Below, one piece after another: positions 61,751 to 64,000 of a stretch of DNA of 64,000 nt. Location: positions 222,766,001-222,830,000 of the forward strand of contig OZ024743.1 in assembly GCA_964016885.1 (NCBI GenBank), given 5' to 3'. Position numbers and translations under genes: made by a program. This DNA is from Eledone cirrhosa (taxonomy: Eukaryota). Every line of letters begins with the position of its first letter. Position 1 is the first letter of the stretch. Below the pieces are notes generated by a model. It did no database searches and had not been told where the DNA came from. It saw only the letters and a list, made by a program, of their open reading frames with translations.

Positions 61751-62415
61751 TGACACAGCAAAGAAATTTAATGATTCATTATTGACCCCAGCAAATTATA
61801 TATATATATTATGAAATGTCTAGAACTAGCTATTGAAACAGCAAGAGCTCAGACATCAGGGTCCCGACTCTTTGCAATATAACCATACTCTACTACCTCA
61901 AGTGTCGAGTACTCTGGTGAGTAATGGTCTAACCAGTTTCAAACTGAATTCATCCTGATTTATACAAATATATATAAACCGATTCTTTAAGGTTCAGTGA
62001 TGCACCTCTGAGGTGTGCGCCCTTTAGGGCTGCCTAGTTAGCCTTAATGGTAACGCCAGCCCTGCACAACTAGCTACTGTAAGCACCAACAACAGTACAA
62101 CAATATTTTCTCTTCAATATTCATTTAAATTTAACACTTCCATTATCATATTTCTAATGAAAAACGCAGCCTAGAATTTTCAAAAAATTGTGAAAATAAG
62201 CAAAATTTGGAGGAATTTAATAATATAACTAACTTTCTTATTAAGTTGGTGTTTAGAACATAACTTATTAATGGTTTAGTAGTAGTCATAGTAGTAGTAA
62301 AGTAACAATGTTGGTGGTGCTCTATGACATTCCTACAATTTGGCATGGGTGGTGCACATAGAAACACTGCAGTAATGCATTCTTTATACTTTAACAATGA
62401 CACACAATATCTGAA

Positions 62416-62518
62416 TAGAGAGAGAGAGAGAGAGAGTGTGTGAGTGTGTGAGTGTGTGAGTGTGTGAGTGTGTGAGTGTGTGAGTGTGTGAGTGTGTGAG
62501 TGTGTGAGTGAGTGAGTG
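62416..62518. repeat. (GA)n and (GAGTGTGT)n microsatellite
   Basis: Direct inspection. Confidence 0.95.
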
Positions 62519-62582
62519 TATACATAGATGATATTTGAATATCTATGTATGTAAACCTATGCACATGTGTGCAATATGGTTC

Positions 62583-63923
62583 ACCACCGCCACCACTCCT
62601 ACCACCACCACTGATACCACCACAAACACACCTACCACACCAATGCTGCTACCACCACATACAGCACATACACCACCACCACCACTGCTGCTGCCACCAC
62701 ATACAGCACATACACCACCACCACCACTGCTGCTGCCACCACATACCACTACCACCACCCCCACTACTGCCACCACATCACCACTACTGCCACCACATAC
62801 CACTACCACCACCCCCACTACTGCCACCACATCACCACTACCACCACTGCCACCACATACCACTACCACCACCCCCACCACATACCACTACCACCACCCC
62901 CACTACTGCCACCACATCACCACTGCCACCACATACCACTACCACCACCCCCACTACTGCCACCACATCACCACTACCACCACCACTGCTGCCAGCACAT
63001 ACACCACTACCACCACCACCACCACTGCTGCCACCACCACTGCCGCCACCACCACTGTTGCCACCACATACACCACTACCATCACTGCTACCAGCACATA
63101 CACCACCACCACCACCACTGCTGCTGCCACCACTATCACCACCCCCACTGTTGCCACCACATACACCACTACCACCACTGCTACCAGCACATACACCACC
63201 ACCACCACCACTGCTGCCACCACTATCACCACCCCCACTGCTACCAGCACATACACCACTACCACCCCCACTGTTGCCACCACATACACCACTACCACCA
63301 CCACCACCACTGCTGCCACCACATACACCACTGCTACCAGCACATACACCACCACCACCACTGCTGCCACCACTATCACCACCCCCACTGCTACCAGCAC
63401 ATACACCACCACCACCACCACTGCTGCCACCACTATCACCACCCCCACTGCTACCAGCACATACACCACCACCACCACCACTGCTGCCACCACTATCACC
63501 ACCCCCACTGCTACCAGCACATACACCACCACCACCCCCACTGTTGCCACCACATACACCACTACCACCACCACCACCACTGCTGCCACCACATACACCA
63601 CTACCACCACTGCTACCAGCACATACACCACCACCACTGCTGCCACCACTATCACCACCCCCACTGCTGCCACCACATACACCACTACCACCACTGCTAC
63701 CAGCACATACACCACCACCACTGCTGCCACCACATACACCACTACCACCACTGCTACCAGCACATACACCACCACCACCACCACCACTGCTGCCACCACA
63801 TACACCACCACCACCACCACCACTGCTGCCACCACTATCACCACCCCCACTGTTGCCACCACATACACCACTACCACCACCACCACTATCACCACATACA
63901 CCACCACTACCACCACCACCACC
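62583..63923. repeat. (CCA/CTA/CTG)-based triplet minisatellite with higher-order units
   Basis: Recurring ctgctaccagcacatacacc and ctgctgccaccactatcaccacccc blocks; several frames open. Confidence 0.93.
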
Positions 63924-64000
63924 GTCACACTTTAGTTAAATCTTAAGCAAGGGTGGAGGAATCAGAAGTTATTCAATATGAGAAAACTACAGGAAACTAA

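Overview
Eukaryotic, AT-rich, repeat-dominated DNA. The SINE/LINE repertoire suggests a coleoid cephalopod such as Octopus (inference from recall of repeat families). The only host gene visible is the 5' part of a minus-strand calpain-5/TRA-3-like protease: four coding exons at 3638-3844, 2908-3039, 1825-2033 and 1-77, with the catalytic QGxxGNCW motif intact. The ATG exon has its own splice acceptor, so much of the remaining ~60 kb may be one large 5' intron. That region holds two subfamilies of an RTE-clade LINE, including one copy with an uninterrupted 1056-aa ORF (55719-58889) carrying a C4HC3 PHD-type finger inside the reverse transcriptase. It also holds a tRNA-headed SINE using that LINE's 3' UTR, other SINEs, CR1-like and RTEX relics, piggyBac/hAT/Tc-mariner MITEs, Helitron ends, Penelope-like relics, several minisatellites and three multi-kb (TA)n arrays. 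Nearly all long ORFs in the track are microsatellite artefacts. Best leads: the PHD-in-RT LINE with its TA-repeat insertion bias and partner SINE, a palindromic 23-bp array beside a calpain splice donor, and a candidate HDV-like ribozyme.
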